Source: an uncultured SAR116 cluster alpha proteobacterium
Lineage (GTDB): Bacteria > Pseudomonadota > Alphaproteobacteria > Puniceispirillales > Marisalimonadaceae
DNA: 64,000 bases
Direction: 5' to 3'
NCBI GenBank assembly: GCA_902615025.1
Contig: CACMNV010000004.1
Coordinates: 9,242-73,241 of the forward strand
Below the pieces are notes generated by a model that saw only the letters and a list, made by a program, of their open reading frames with translations, was not told where the DNA came from and searched no databases. Positions 46,708 to 55,872 of the stretch are shown here, piece by piece; the stretch's first letter is position 1; each line of letters begins with the position of its first letter. Made by a program: the position numbers and the translations under genes.

Positions 46708-47130
46708 TTATAATTCTTTTAATAATTTCTTAAATATTTTTTTTGATTTTCCATAAAGTTTAACTTTTTTTATTTTTTCAAGATTACTTTTATCTCCACC
46801 AACAACTACAATTCCAATCATGCCCATAGCCTTATGTGGAGTACATTGATAAAGATATATGCCAGGTTTTTTAAATTCATATTCTGCTTTTTTATTTATT
46901 TTAGTTTTAAACTTCTTTACACCTTTTGGCATTCCAATGAATTCAACATTGTGACCTTTAGAAACATGTTTCCAAATAATTTTGTCATTTAAATCAAGCT
47001 TAGCTACTTTTATAGAATAAACCATTTTCTCTTTGCCAAGTTTATTCAACATATCTATTTCAATAGTTTTTCCGTAACTAATTGATGAATAGAATAATAT
47101 AAATATTATAAAAATTAATTTTTTGAACAT
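46708..47130 (-). CDS. pseudoazurin (type 1 blue copper protein)
   Basis: 140 aa with a signal peptide. IEIDMLNK...KGHNVE...GIYLYQCTPHKAMGMIGIVVVG is colinear with Alcaligenes/Paracoccus pseudoazurins, including the Cys-x2-His-x4-Met ligand loop. Confidence 0.9.
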   Translation of the reverse strand: MFKKLIFIIFILFYSSISYGKTIEIDMLNKLGKEKMVYSIKVAKLDLNDKIIWKHVSKGHNVEFIGMPKGVKKFKTKINKKAEYEFKKPGIYLYQCTPHKAMGMIGIVVVGGDKSNLEKIKKVKLYGKSKKIFKKLLKEL

Positions 47131-47174
47131 AGATCTACCTTCCGTTTATGATATTATAATTAATTATTAAATGT

Positions 47175-48428
47175 TTAATTAAAAGACCTATAATTTTTTA
47201 GTAATGGGTTTTTTTGGCCAAGTATTAAAAAAGAAAAGATTAATAAAATAATTACAAAACACATACCAATCCTATGATCATTAAAAATAAGTATTAAAAA
47301 ACCATAAGCTAAGGGACCCAAAAAACTTGTTATTTTTCCAGAAAAAATAGCAAAGCCAAAGAATTGGCCACCTTTTTTTGAAGGGATTAGATCACTTATT
47401 AATACTCTGCTTGAAGATTGAAGTGGACCAATAAAGAGACCTAAAAAAAAACTTACTATCCAAAAATATATTTCATTTTTAATTAAAATTAAAAATACAC
47501 CAAAAACAATTAAAGATATTATACAACATTGAATCACTCTAAATGAAGAAATAATCCTATCATAAAAACCACCAATAATAGCGCCTAGTGCTGCAGATAA
47601 GTTTATTAAAATTGCAAAATACAAAATTTGTTTTGTAGAGAAATCAAATACATTTGACGCATAAATACCCCCAAATGCAAATAATGTAGCCAGAGCATCA
47701 AAATAAAATAGTCTTGATAAAAAGAATCTTAAAATCAATTTCTCATTAAATATAAATATGCAACCTTGTTTTATATACTGAAATGTACTTTTGTTTGTTT
47801 TATTTTTTTCAGGTTCTGAAGTAAAAATAAATAGTGGTATTGCAAAAACCATCATCCATATTGAAATAAATAACATACATGCTCTTATATTTTCACCATT
47901 TTCTTTTGTTAAACCAAAGATCAATTTTTCAGGAAAAATAAATAAAACTAAACATAATAATAAAGATATAATTCCAGCTGCATATCCAGCTCCCCAAGAA
48001 AAACCGGATAAAATTCCATAATTTTTTTTAGTTGTTGAGCTTGATAGAAGTGAATTATATAAAACAAATACAACTTCCATTGTAAAAATACTTATACAAG
48101 AAAATATACTTGCAAATACTAAATATTCTATACCAGGTTTTGCAAACCATAATAGCATGGTTGAAAATCCTCCTAGCATTGTAAGAAAGAATAAAATTAA
48201 TTTTCTTTTTCTTTTCTTGTCAGCATAACTTCCTAAAATTGGTCCCATAAATGCTGTCATTATTGCTGCAATTGCAATTATAACTCCCCATAAAAAGGAT
48301 CCATTTTTAACAGCGATTTTTTCAACAAAATAAACTGAAAAAATAAAAGTGGTATGAATAGTTGTAATTGGTGATGTAGCCCAATCATACAAAATAAAAG
48401 CTAATGAATTTTTGTTTAAACTAACCAT
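47175..48428 (-). CDS. MFS transporter (UMF1/Atg22-like family)
   Basis: 417 aa with about 12 TM segments. The N-terminal YDWA..P motif is typical of the UMF1 family. Confidence 0.75.
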   Translation of the reverse strand: MVSLNKNSLAFILYDWATSPITTIHTTFIFSVYFVEKIAVKNGSFLWGVIIAIAAIMTAFMGPILGSYADKKRKRKLILFFLTMLGGFSTMLLWFAKPGIEYLVFASIFSCISIFTMEVVFVLYNSLLSSSTTKKNYGILSGFSWGAGYAAGIISLLLCLVLFIFPEKLIFGLTKENGENIRACMLFISIWMMVFAIPLFIFTSEPEKNKTNKSTFQYIKQGCIFIFNEKLILRFFLSRLFYFDALATLFAFGGIYASNVFDFSTKQILYFAILINLSAALGAIIGGFYDRIISSFRVIQCCIISLIVFGVFLILIKNEIYFWIVSFFLGLFIGPLQSSSRVLISDLIPSKKGGQFFGFAIFSGKITSFLGPLAYGFLILIFNDHRIGMCFVIILLIFSFLILGQKNPLLKNYRSFN

Positions 48429-48747
48429 TAAGGTAATGAATATTGGTTAAAATTAAAAATATTATCATAGTAAGTAAAATAGTTGTCATTACATTTTTAA
48501 ATAAGATAGATATTAATATTGCTAAAAATCCACAAATAATTTCAAAATTAACATTTTGAATCAAATCATCATTTTTATCAAAAAATAGAGCTTGAACAAT
48601 GATAGGAGTTAAAACAACTATTGGTATTAAATTAATTACCTTTAAATATAGTTCTGAACCTTTAAATTTAATTAATCCCGAAAGTGGGATAAACCTAATT
48701 AAAAAAGTTAGAACTCCACACAAAAATATTAAATACCATACACTCAT
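48421..48747 (-). CDS. azlD: AzlD-family branched-chain amino acid transport protein
   Basis: 108 aa small hydrophobic protein overlapping the azlC-like gene by 4 nt. Confidence 0.7.
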   Translation of the reverse strand: MSVWYLIFLCGVLTFLIRFIPLSGLIKFKGSELYLKVINLIPIVVLTPIIVQALFFDKNDDLIQNVNFEIICGFLAILISILFKNVMTTILLTMIIFLILTNIHYLNG

Positions 48748-49433
48748 TGTGAATTATCTTTTTCAATGAAAGGTAAGGAAATTAACAAGCTTAATAGAGC
48801 AGAAAAGATAATCCATAATTCAAAATCTAATTTGTAAAATAAAATAGCTAAGATACCAGAAGCTAAACATGCAATTATTTCATACTTTAGTTTTATCATT
48901 GGTGTAATTATCGCTATAAAACTCAATGGTATTATAAATGCTAAATCAATATTTTCAGGAATTAGTTGCCCAAAAAAAATACCAAATAACGTTGAAATTT
49001 GCCAAGTTAAAAATAATGTCAAACCAGATCCTAAAAGATGATAGTGCATAAATTTTTTATTTTTATTTGTTGCAAAGTATTTAATTGAAACAGCGTAAGC
49101 TTCGTCTGTTAAAAGATAGGACAATATTATTCTCCATTTTAAAGAAAGTTCTTTTAAATATTCATTAATTGATATGCCATAAAGCAAATGTCTCAAGTTA
49201 ATTGAAATTATTGAAGTAATTAAAGAAAAAGGGGATACTAATAAATAAAACTGTGCAAAAACAATTTGGCTAGCTCCAGCAAAAATAATTGAAGACATTA
49301 AAAAAGCTTGTAATACAGATAAACCGCTTTCAATAGCTAATATTCCATATATTAATCCAAATGGGAATACTCCTATTTGCAATGGTAATTCTTGGATGAC
49401 ACCTGATTTAAAATGTTCTAATTTTGTTTCCAT
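48744..49433 (-). CDS. azlC: AzlC-family branched-chain amino acid permease component
   Basis: 229 aa with AzlC-like segments (FAGASQ.V, LRH.LYG, LTDEAYA). Confidence 0.8.
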   Translation of the reverse strand: METKLEHFKSGVIQELPLQIGVFPFGLIYGILAIESGLSVLQAFLMSSIIFAGASQIVFAQFYLLVSPFSLITSIISINLRHLLYGISINEYLKELSLKWRIILSYLLTDEAYAVSIKYFATNKNKKFMHYHLLGSGLTLFLTWQISTLFGIFFGQLIPENIDLAFIIPLSFIAIITPMIKLKYEIIACLASGILAILFYKLDFELWIIFSALLSLLISLPFIEKDNSQ

Positions 49434-49485
49434 TTAACTTAAAGATTAGTTTAAATTTTCTTATAGATATTTTATATATTAAAGT

Positions 49486-50172
49486 ATGACAAATTCTAAA
49501 ACTATTTTAATTACTGGTTCTAATAGAGGTATAGGTCTTGAATTAGTTAAAGAAAGTTTGACTAAAAATTTTTCTGTTGTCGGAACATTTAGAAATAAAA
49601 ATAATGCTAAAGAACTTTTAAAATTAAAATCTAATAATCTCAAACTTTTTGAAATGGATGTCGTTAAAGAAAATTCTATTTTAAATGTGTCAAATAATAT
49701 TGATTATACAATTGATTATTTGATATGTAATGCTGGCATAAATAATGGCTATGGAGGTATTTTTGATCAAGATCATAGTTATGAGAAAATGTTAGAAGTA
49801 TTGAACGTAAATGTATTAGGTTGTATTTTGACAATTAAGCATTTTACTAGAAATTTAAGAAAAAATGCCAAAATAATATTGATTTCATCAATTATGAGTG
49901 TTCAAAAACATAGTGGCTCTAATGCTCTTATTTATAGAGCATCTAAAGCGGCAGTTAACAATATAATGGTTTCGATTTCACAAGAGTTTAAATCAAAATA
50001 CATAACCGTGTCATCTTTTCATCCAGGTTGGGTTAGAACTGATATGGGAGGACCAAATGCAACACTTTCAGCTAAAGAGAGTGCATCATCATTAATAAAG
50101 AGTTTTGAAAAGTTAACATTTGAAGATACTGGAAAATTCTTTAATTATGATGGAAACGAAATAAATTTTTAA
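49486..50172 (+). CDS. short-chain dehydrogenase/reductase (C-factor-like SDR)
   Basis: 228 aa. TGSNRGIGL cofactor motif, NAGI, YRASKAA catalytic motif. Confidence 0.85.
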   Translation: MTNSKTILITGSNRGIGLELVKESLTKNFSVVGTFRNKNNAKELLKLKSNNLKLFEMDVVKENSILNVSNNIDYTIDYLICNAGINNGYGGIFDQDHSYEKMLEVLNVNVLGCILTIKHFTRNLRKNAKIILISSIMSVQKHSGSNALIYRASKAAVNNIMVSISQEFKSKYITVSSFHPGWVRTDMGGPNATLSAKESASSLIKSFEKLTFEDTGKFFNYDGNEINF

Positions 50173-50185
50173 AAAAGGAGATAAT

Positions 50186-50476
50186 ATGCCAAAAGGTTAT
50201 TTTTTAAGTGCACATAGAAGTCCAGCAGATCCTGAAAAAAGGGCTGCATATTTAGAATTGGCTGGTCCAGCAATGTTAAAAGCTGGAGGAAAAGTTTTAG
50301 CTAGCACCAGTGATATTGTTGCTCATGAAAAAGGAATTTCTCAACAAACGGTTTTAGTTGAATTTGAAACATTTGAGAAAGCAGTTGCAGCATACGAAAG
50401 TGAAGATTATCAAAAAGCATTAAAAGCATTAGATAATGGAGCAGATAGAGAAATTAGAATTTTTGCTGGTGTTTAA
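50186..50476 (+). CDS. DUF1330 family protein
   Basis: 96 aa. MPKGYFLSAH...DPEK...Y...A......GGKVLA is typical of DUF1330. Confidence 0.75.
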   Translation: MPKGYFLSAHRSPADPEKRAAYLELAGPAMLKAGGKVLASTSDIVAHEKGISQQTVLVEFETFEKAVAAYESEDYQKALKALDNGADREIRIFAGV

Positions 50477-50480
50477 ATAA

Positions 50481-51326
50481 ATGGAAGTAAAATATAGTTT
50501 TTTTGAATATGATCAAAATAAGCTATATTATGGTATAGTTGGGGAGGGTTTTCCAGTTTTATTACTACATGGTTGGCCACAAACTTCTTTCATGTGGAGA
50601 CACCTTTATCCATATTTAGTAAAAAATAGATTCAAAGTAATTATGCCAGATTTACCTGGCCTTGGAAAATCATCTGCTCCTAAATCTTTCGATAAAAAAA
50701 CCATAGCTTCATATATTCAAGTCTTTGTGCACGATTTTCTCGGATTAGATAAAATTTTTATTATTGGTCATGATTGGGGAGGGCCAATTTCTTTCTCTTA
50801 TGCGCAAACATGTCAAAATAAGGTTAAAAAAATTGTACTAATTGATGTTCCAATACCAGGAGATGGAAGTGCTGATTTTTCCGAAAATAGATGGCACCAT
50901 CAATTTCATAAAATTATCGACTTACCTGAAGAACTTACAATAGACAGAGAAGAGATTTATTTAAATTATTTTTATAATAATTGGAGTGGAAAAAATTTTG
51001 TTATGGACAGAGATGCCCAAAAAAAATATTTAGATGCATACTCAAACAAAAATGCTATGAAATCAGGATTTGAATATTATAGAGCTTTACCACAGGATAT
51101 TAAAGACAATCTTAAGTTTTTAAAAAAAGGCAAATTGAAAATACCTTTTCTTGGAATTGCAGGAGGAGAAGGTTATGGAAGGGGCATTAAAATCATTTTA
51201 AAATCTTTGAAAAGAGTGACAAATAATTACGAAGGTTATGAAATCTCTAATTGTGGACATTGGGTTGCTGAAGAGGAGCCGGAGTTAATATCAAAATATA
51301 TTATAAAGTTCTTCAATAAAAAATAA
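50481..51326 (+). CDS. alpha/beta hydrolase with Asp nucleophile (epoxide hydrolase / haloacid-haloalkane dehalogenase-like)
   Basis: 281 aa. HGWPQTSFMWRH oxyanion region, GHDWGG nucleophile elbow (Asp rather than Ser), C-terminal GHW. Confidence 0.85.
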   Translation: MEVKYSFFEYDQNKLYYGIVGEGFPVLLLHGWPQTSFMWRHLYPYLVKNRFKVIMPDLPGLGKSSAPKSFDKKTIASYIQVFVHDFLGLDKIFIIGHDWGGPISFSYAQTCQNKVKKIVLIDVPIPGDGSADFSENRWHHQFHKIIDLPEELTIDREEIYLNYFYNNWSGKNFVMDRDAQKKYLDAYSNKNAMKSGFEYYRALPQDIKDNLKFLKKGKLKIPFLGIAGGEGYGRGIKIILKSLKRVTNNYEGYEISNCGHWVAEEEPELISKYIIKFFNKK

Positions 51327-51333
51327 AAAATTC

Positions 51334-52380
51334 ATGACCTCTCTTTTTTACAAAATACTTTACTACGGTCTGTTATTTATTGTTACTTATTTACTATTCG
51401 TATATCCGTCAGAAGTTATAGAATTATTAATATTAAATGGAGAAATTTTTAATTTAAAATCACTATTAACTACCCTGTTTATAAATTTACTGATCTTAAT
51501 ATACTTTAGAACATTTAACACAAACAAGCTTTTAAAATTATTTGTCAATGAAGGAATAGGTATTGGATTTGTAAGTTTTTGGATAACAAGCTTATCGCTT
51601 ATTTTTTCATTTTTAATAACACAATATCACACCGAAATTGGATATGCCTCTATTTTTTTGATTATTTTAATTACTATTCACGCATATTCAAATGGCGCAA
51701 AAATCAATTTAAAATTTTTAACTTTTAATTCTGACTTAGTTAAAAATAAATCCAAAATTATCTTTATGAGTGATTTGCATCTTGGAACTAATTCAACAAA
51801 ACATCTAAAAAAAATTTTAGATAAAATTAGTAAAATTGACTTTGATTTTATTTTGATTGGGGGTGATTTAATTGATTCAAGTCAATTTAAATTATCTGAT
51901 TTAGAAATTTTTAAAAAAATCAAAAAACCAATTTTATTTTGTACTGGAAATCATGATTATTATATTAGAGGATCTAAAGATAAATTAAATCAGTTAACTA
52001 AATATAATATTACTTATTTAAATAATCGTTCTAAACTAATTAAAAATTTTAATATTATTGGTATCAATGATAATCAATCAATCGAAGAACAGAAAAATGT
52101 TGCACTTAGATATTTTGATAAAAATAGATTTAATATTTATTTAACTCATAAACCTTCACTCTTTAATATACTAAGTTTATCTGGATTAGTTTTGTCTGGA
52201 CATACACATAATGGTCAAATATTTCCATTTAATTTAATTGTGAAAATGAAATTTCCTCATGTTTATGGATTTTTTAAAAAAGAGAATACAGATCTTTATG
52301 TTTCTTCAGGATCAGGTTGTTGGGGACCAAGAATGAGATTAGGTTCTAATAATGAAATTATTATATTAGAATTTATGTAA
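51334..52380 (+). CDS. membrane-anchored metallophosphoesterase (YkuE-like)
   Basis: 348 aa. N-terminal TM helices, then SDLHLG, GGDLID, GNHD and GHTHNGQ motifs. Confidence 0.8.
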   Translation: MTSLFYKILYYGLLFIVTYLLFVYPSEVIELLILNGEIFNLKSLLTTLFINLLILIYFRTFNTNKLLKLFVNEGIGIGFVSFWITSLSLIFSFLITQYHTEIGYASIFLIILITIHAYSNGAKINLKFLTFNSDLVKNKSKIIFMSDLHLGTNSTKHLKKILDKISKIDFDFILIGGDLIDSSQFKLSDLEIFKKIKKPILFCTGNHDYYIRGSKDKLNQLTKYNITYLNNRSKLIKNFNIIGINDNQSIEEQKNVALRYFDKNRFNIYLTHKPSLFNILSLSGLVLSGHTHNGQIFPFNLIVKMKFPHVYGFFKKENTDLYVSSGSGCWGPRMRLGSNNEIIILEFM

Positions 52381-53341
52381 AGTATTTATTAATCAAAGTT
52401 TTTGAACATTCTATTCCTGATAAAAATGCATCCTCAACTCTCTGTCCATTTACATAATAGTCTCCACCTAACATAGGTGGGCACCAATCACCAGCAATAC
52501 CAAGAGGCATTACTTTTGAAATTTTACTATGCTCTAATGGGAAGTAATTTTTAACTTTTGCATATCTCCATCTATGTATATTTTTATAAGTTATATCATC
52601 ATTTTTAACTTTATAAATTTTAGTAAATTCGCTTATTATTTTATCTAAGACAAATTCTTTATTTTTTTCTAAATGATCAAGTGAGAACTTTTCATTTGCA
52701 TGTATAGTTATACAATTATCACTTAATGAATTTTTAATTTTATTATTTTCAGAAATAATCCAACTGAAAATACTGTTTTTGTCAATTTCAAAATACTTTA
52801 AGTTTATGTCTTTTATAGATATCATTGCACACCAACAAGGAAAATATGTGACATTTTCAATTAATTTATAAATTTGGCTATCTAAGTTTTTTATTAATTC
52901 AGCAGTTTGAGATGAGGGAGCTGTAATTATTAACCCATCTGCAGTAAATTTTTTGTTATTGGTATTAATAGTAAAGGTATCACTATACTCAATACTTTCA
53001 ACAAGAGTTTCTTGATATATTTCTAAATTTTTTGAAAACCAATATGAAAATTCTCTCATATCTGGATTTCCAATAAATCTGTCTTTTTTTGAGAGTGTAT
53101 TCCAATTTATTAATACATTATCCTTAACTCCAAGTTGGCATATTTTTTTAAATTCGTTCGATTTAGCTGTAAAAAATTGAGCACCATGATTAAAAATAAA
53201 TTCTTTATTTTTTCTTGTACTAATTCTTCCTCCGGGATATTTTCCTTTGTCTAGAACAGTTATATAGAAATTTTTAGAATTAAAATGCTTTGCTGCAGCT
53301 AAGCCTGCAATACCACTTCCTATTACAACTATTTTTTTCAT
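52373..53341 (-). CDS. FAD/NAD(P)-binding oxidoreductase (renalase/amine-oxidase-like)
   Basis: 322 aa. KIVVIGSGIAGLAAA...DKGKYPGGR dinucleotide-binding motif. Confidence 0.75.
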   Translation of the reverse strand: MKKIVVIGSGIAGLAAAKHFNSKNFYITVLDKGKYPGGRISTRKNKEFIFNHGAQFFTAKSNEFKKICQLGVKDNVLINWNTLSKKDRFIGNPDMREFSYWFSKNLEIYQETLVESIEYSDTFTINTNNKKFTADGLIITAPSSQTAELIKNLDSQIYKLIENVTYFPCWCAMISIKDINLKYFEIDKNSIFSWIISENNKIKNSLSDNCITIHANEKFSLDHLEKNKEFVLDKIISEFTKIYKVKNDDITYKNIHRWRYAKVKNYFPLEHSKISKVMPLGIAGDWCPPMLGGDYYVNGQRVEDAFLSGIECSKTLINKYFT

Positions 53342-53345
53342 AATT

Positions 53346-54080
53346 TTAAAATAAAAGTCTCAGCGCTAGTAAAAATAAAATTGTTTCAAAAATAACCTTA
53401 AATGTTTTCTCATCAATTTTGAATAATAAAATTTGACCTACCCTGCTACCTAATATTGTACTAGGTATCATTAATAAAATTAAAGTTAAATATTCATAAA
53501 AATTAAATCCTATAAACATAAATCCAATAATTTTAATTAGGTTTCCTATAAAACCAAAAAAACCTAAAGTACCTACTATTTCCTCTTTTTTAGTTAAATT
53601 ATTTCTAATTATTATAGCCAAAATTGGTGCTATAACGCCGACTAACATATTCATAACTCCTGTAAAAAAACCTAGGACATAATAAAAATTTTCAGGAATT
53701 CTAACTTTTTTATTTTTCTTAATATTTTGAAATACTATTGTTGAAATAATGAATGCACCAATTAAAAACTTAATTTTTTGTGAATCTAAATTTTGAAAAA
53801 TTGTTAATCCTAAATAAACTCCAAATGGTATAAACATACAAAAAGGAATTATTAATTTCCAAACTAAATACTCTCTAAATAAAAATACCCTTGCTACATT
53901 TGAAGTTAACTGGACCGTACCATGAATTGGTATTGCCACTAATGGATTTATAAACTGAAGCATGTAAGCTAATAAAATTGTACCACCACCAGCGCCTGCA
54001 AGAGATGTGATCATCGCTGTAAAAAAACTTACGATTATAATAGAAATGGTAATTAAATAATTATCAAGTATGACATCCAT
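53346..54080 (-). CDS. TauE/SafE-family anion (sulfite/sulfonate) exporter-like membrane protein
   Basis: 244 aa with 7-8 TM segments and an internal-duplication pattern typical of TauE/SafE. Confidence 0.7.
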   Translation of the reverse strand: MDVILDNYLITISIIIVSFFTAMITSLAGAGGGTILLAYMLQFINPLVAIPIHGTVQLTSNVARVFLFREYLVWKLIIPFCMFIPFGVYLGLTIFQNLDSQKIKFLIGAFIISTIVFQNIKKNKKVRIPENFYYVLGFFTGVMNMLVGVIAPILAIIIRNNLTKKEEIVGTLGFFGFIGNLIKIIGFMFIGFNFYEYLTLILLMIPSTILGSRVGQILLFKIDEKTFKVIFETILFLLALRLLF

Positions 54081-54174
54081 AAATTAGTTTTTTTTGAGCT
54101 GAAATTCTAAAAATTGCATTGTTTGCGCCATAACCATCATAACTTTTATTTCGTTGAACAAATTCTAAAAAAAA

Positions 54175-55872
54175 TCAATTATTTATTAATGTTGTATAAA
54201 TTTGGAAAAAAGAGCCATCACTGTCTTCATCATAAAGTATATTATTTTCTTTTATTTTTTTTAAAATATTTGTTTCTAAACCAAACTTAGCGTCAATATA
54301 ATCATAGTAATTGTCAGATATTTTTAGAGTTTTTAAACCTAGATCATTAAATTTTTTTGATAATTTAAAAATATCATTTGTACGCAAAGCTATATGTTGA
54401 ATATTTGATATATGTTTTTTTTTCCTTAACTGGCTAGTCAAAGTTTCATCATTTTCAGCTGAATTTATTACTATCTTAAATGTTTTAGATTTATTCTCTA
54501 TTACATGGCTTTTTGTAATTCCACCTGGATCAATTATATCAGTATTTGAAATTTTTTTACATTCAAATAAGGACTTATAAAACAATACAGATGATAATAA
54601 AGTTGAATGTTCTACAGATATAGCAATATGATCAAACTCTAAATTTGAATTTTGACTATCTTGGTCTAAAAAATTGAAATCATTCTGCCAATTTTTATTA
54701 TCAATTAAAAAAATATATTGCCCATTTTCTTCTATCAAGTTCATTTTAAATTTATTGTTGAGATAAAAATCTTTTACATTGTTTACTTTTAATGCCTTGC
54801 ATCTTTTGAGTGTTGATTGAACATTATCTACCACAAGTCCAAAAGCATAAGGGTTGAATTCTCCTAAATTTTCATCTGGAACTATTTCTGAATTAATTAT
54901 AAATTTTACATTTCCCAATATATATAAAGTAATTTTTTTTGTTTTGTGAAGACCTGCTTTAATGAAACCAAGACTCTTCAGTAATTTTTGAATAATATTT
55001 AGATCTTCTTTTTTAACAGAAAACTCTATAAATTCTATTTTTTCAATTTTTGCTCTTTCTACAATTTCATTTTTTTTTGATAAATTAATAAGAGATCTAT
55101 AACCATCCTTTGTTATTAAGTCTCTATTATCTTTTCTAAATTGATCGTTAAAGATTTCCAGTGAAATCCAACTATCGTACCCAGTATCATAAAGTTTTTC
55201 CATAAATTCTGATACTTTAAGATCCCCTTGACCAGGCATATTTCGGAAATGTCTACTCCAAAACAAAAGATCCATATTATATTTTGGTGCATCAGCAATT
55301 TGAACAATAAATATTTTTTCCTTTGGAATTGAAGTAAACGTATCAAGATTTATACCTTTAGATAAGGTATGAAAGGAGTCTAAAATTATACCAACATGTT
55401 TGTGATTTGCTCTTCTTACAATTTCCCATGCGTCTCTATGATCCGATATATATTTTCCACAAGCTAAAGCCTCGTATCCTATAAAAATATCTCTTACTTT
55501 TGCTATTTCACCTAAGTCATTGAAATCATCAGCCGCTCTGTCAATCCCTCCTAAGGCCAAGTTAGATGTGTTTGAACATATCAAAATAGTTTTTGCTCCT
55601 AGCTCATTCATGACATCAAACTTCTTCTTTGCTCGATCAAATGCCCTAGATCTGTATGGCTCGGTCATCCCCTCAAAATCTCTGAATGGCTGAAACAATG
55701 AAATTTCTAATCCATAATCATACACCATTTTTTTAATTTCTTTTGGCTTGAGATCATGAACTAAAAAATCATTTTCAAAAATTTCTACACCTTTAAATCC
55801 CATATTAGAAATAGATTTCAATTTTTGATCTAAAGATCCATTAATTGATACTGTTGCTATAGACGTTTTAAT
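54175..55872 (-). CDS. quiC: 3-dehydroshikimate dehydratase, QsuB/QuiC1 type (xylose-isomerase-like TIM barrel fused to an HPPD-like VOC domain)
   Basis: LFQPFRDFEG, YEALA.GK, IFIVQIADAP and SLEIFND.FRK are colinear with QsuB as I recall it. The C-terminal half is VOC/HPPD-like (DHIA...IQHIAL). The N-terminus is extended 17 codons beyond the track start to an ATT codon (see findings): (I/M)KTSIATVSINGSLDQKLKSISNMGFKGVEIFEND. Confidence 0.9.
   Translation of the reverse strand: MKTSIATVSINGSLDQKLKSISNMGFKGVEIFENDFLVHDLKPKEIKKMVYDYGLEISLFQPFRDFEGMTEPYRSRAFDRAKKKFDVMNELGAKTILICSNTSNLALGGIDRAADDFNDLGEIAKVRDIFIGYEALACGKYISDHRDAWEIVRRANHKHVGIILDSFHTLSKGINLDTFTSIPKEKIFIVQIADAPKYNMDLLFWSRHFRNMPGQGDLKVSEFMEKLYDTGYDSWISLEIFNDQFRKDNRDLITKDGYRSLINLSKKNEIVERAKIEKIEFIEFSVKKEDLNIIQKLLKSLGFIKAGLHKTKKITLYILGNVKFIINSEIVPDENLGEFNPYAFGLVVDNVQSTLKRCKALKVNNVKDFYLNNKFKMNLIEENGQYIFLIDNKNWQNDFNFLDQDSQNSNLEFDHIAISVEHSTLLSSVLFYKSLFECKKISNTDIIDPGGITKSHVIENKSKTFKIVINSAENDETLTSQLRKKKHISNIQHIALRTNDIFKLSKKFNDLGLKTLKISDNYYDYIDAKFGLETNILKKIKENNILYDEDSDGSFFQIYTTLINN

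Noticed and set aside
54084-54137. 17-codon upstream ORF (MVMAQTMQFLEFQLKKN*) ending 3 nt before the TauE/SafE start
   Set aside because: It has no SD, is very short, and I cannot assess conservation. It could be a leader peptide, but the evidence is insufficient.
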